A stretch of DNA of 63,278 nucleotides, the filler included, from Octopus bimaculoides (taxonomy: Eukaryota), in NCBI RefSeq assembly GCF_001194135.2. It is 6 parts of 6 records of this genome, joined end to end, with 100 filler letters (N's around TTAATTAATTAA, not from the genome) between each part and the next. Parts side by side here need not be neighbours in the genome. Positions count along the whole stretch, not along the records: positions 61,966 to 63,278 come from NC_068990.1; 5 more parts are not named here. One strand, 5' to 3'. Numbering within the stretch: position 1 is the stretch's first letter; the number at the start of each line of letters is the position of its first letter. Position numbers and translations under genes: made by a program. Below the pieces are notes generated by a model, which saw nothing but the letters and a program-made list of their open reading frames with translations, did no database searches and was not told the DNA's origin. Shown piece after piece: positions 62,941 through 63,278 of the stretch.

Positions 62941-63278
62941 TAATAACAATAATCAAATATTTAGGTAGATTTGATTTAATTATCAAAGACGAGGCAAATT
63001 TGAAACATCACGAAACATCAATAGGGTTGTGTCCCTTTGAACTATAGACTGCATAATGCTCTGGAAGAAATTCGAATAAAAATCAGTTTTATTTCACACA
63101 CACCCACACACACACAAAAACTGTTACGACTCCTGTCCTGAAAGATTGAAAGAATAAAGAAAAAAAATTACAATAATTGTGCAAAACCTACACAGGAAGT
63201 AAAGTTACTAATATATTCATTTAATAGAAATTTAATAGAAAAGTTGGTGAAGATGGAGTATATGTAATCTGGGTATAC

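Noticed and set aside
1-63278. CRISPR arrays, rRNA genes or prokaryotic operons
   Set aside because: None seen. The sequence is eukaryotic and no repeat-spacer periodicity exists.

Overview
AT-rich, repeat-dominated, gappy animal genomic DNA. The SINE families and the TA/CA/TAGA/CAT microsatellite load resemble octopus (my recollection of these families; no search was run). Five identical N44-TTAATTAATTAA-N44 spacers (30232-30331, 35497-35596, ~38249-38348, 49172-49271, 61866-61965) are artificial scaffold joins, so adjacency across them is uncertain. One host gene is supportable: four minus-strand exons (13256->11513) with GT-AG junctions and matching phases encode about 120 C-terminal residues containing an HECIH (HExxH) motif. 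Its identity is unknown. The rest is decayed mobile DNA: several Penelope-like retroelement (PLE) lineages, RTE and RLE-type LINEs, pogo, hAT, MULE, Tc1/mariner and Helitron remnants, MITEs, a ~1 kb foldback and at least five tRNA-SINE or SINE-like families. The most interesting signal is a set of type I hammerhead ribozyme (HHR) folds read by hand. One is intact in the 3' end of an inverted PLE (8395-8448, minus). One is near-canonical in a ~472-nt tandem unit that looks like a non-LTR retrozyme (34792-35497, plus). There is also a minimal candidate (49758-49800) and decayed relics. Most long ORFs in the supplied track are artefacts of N gaps or microsatellites. TE boundaries are approximate unless stated otherwise.
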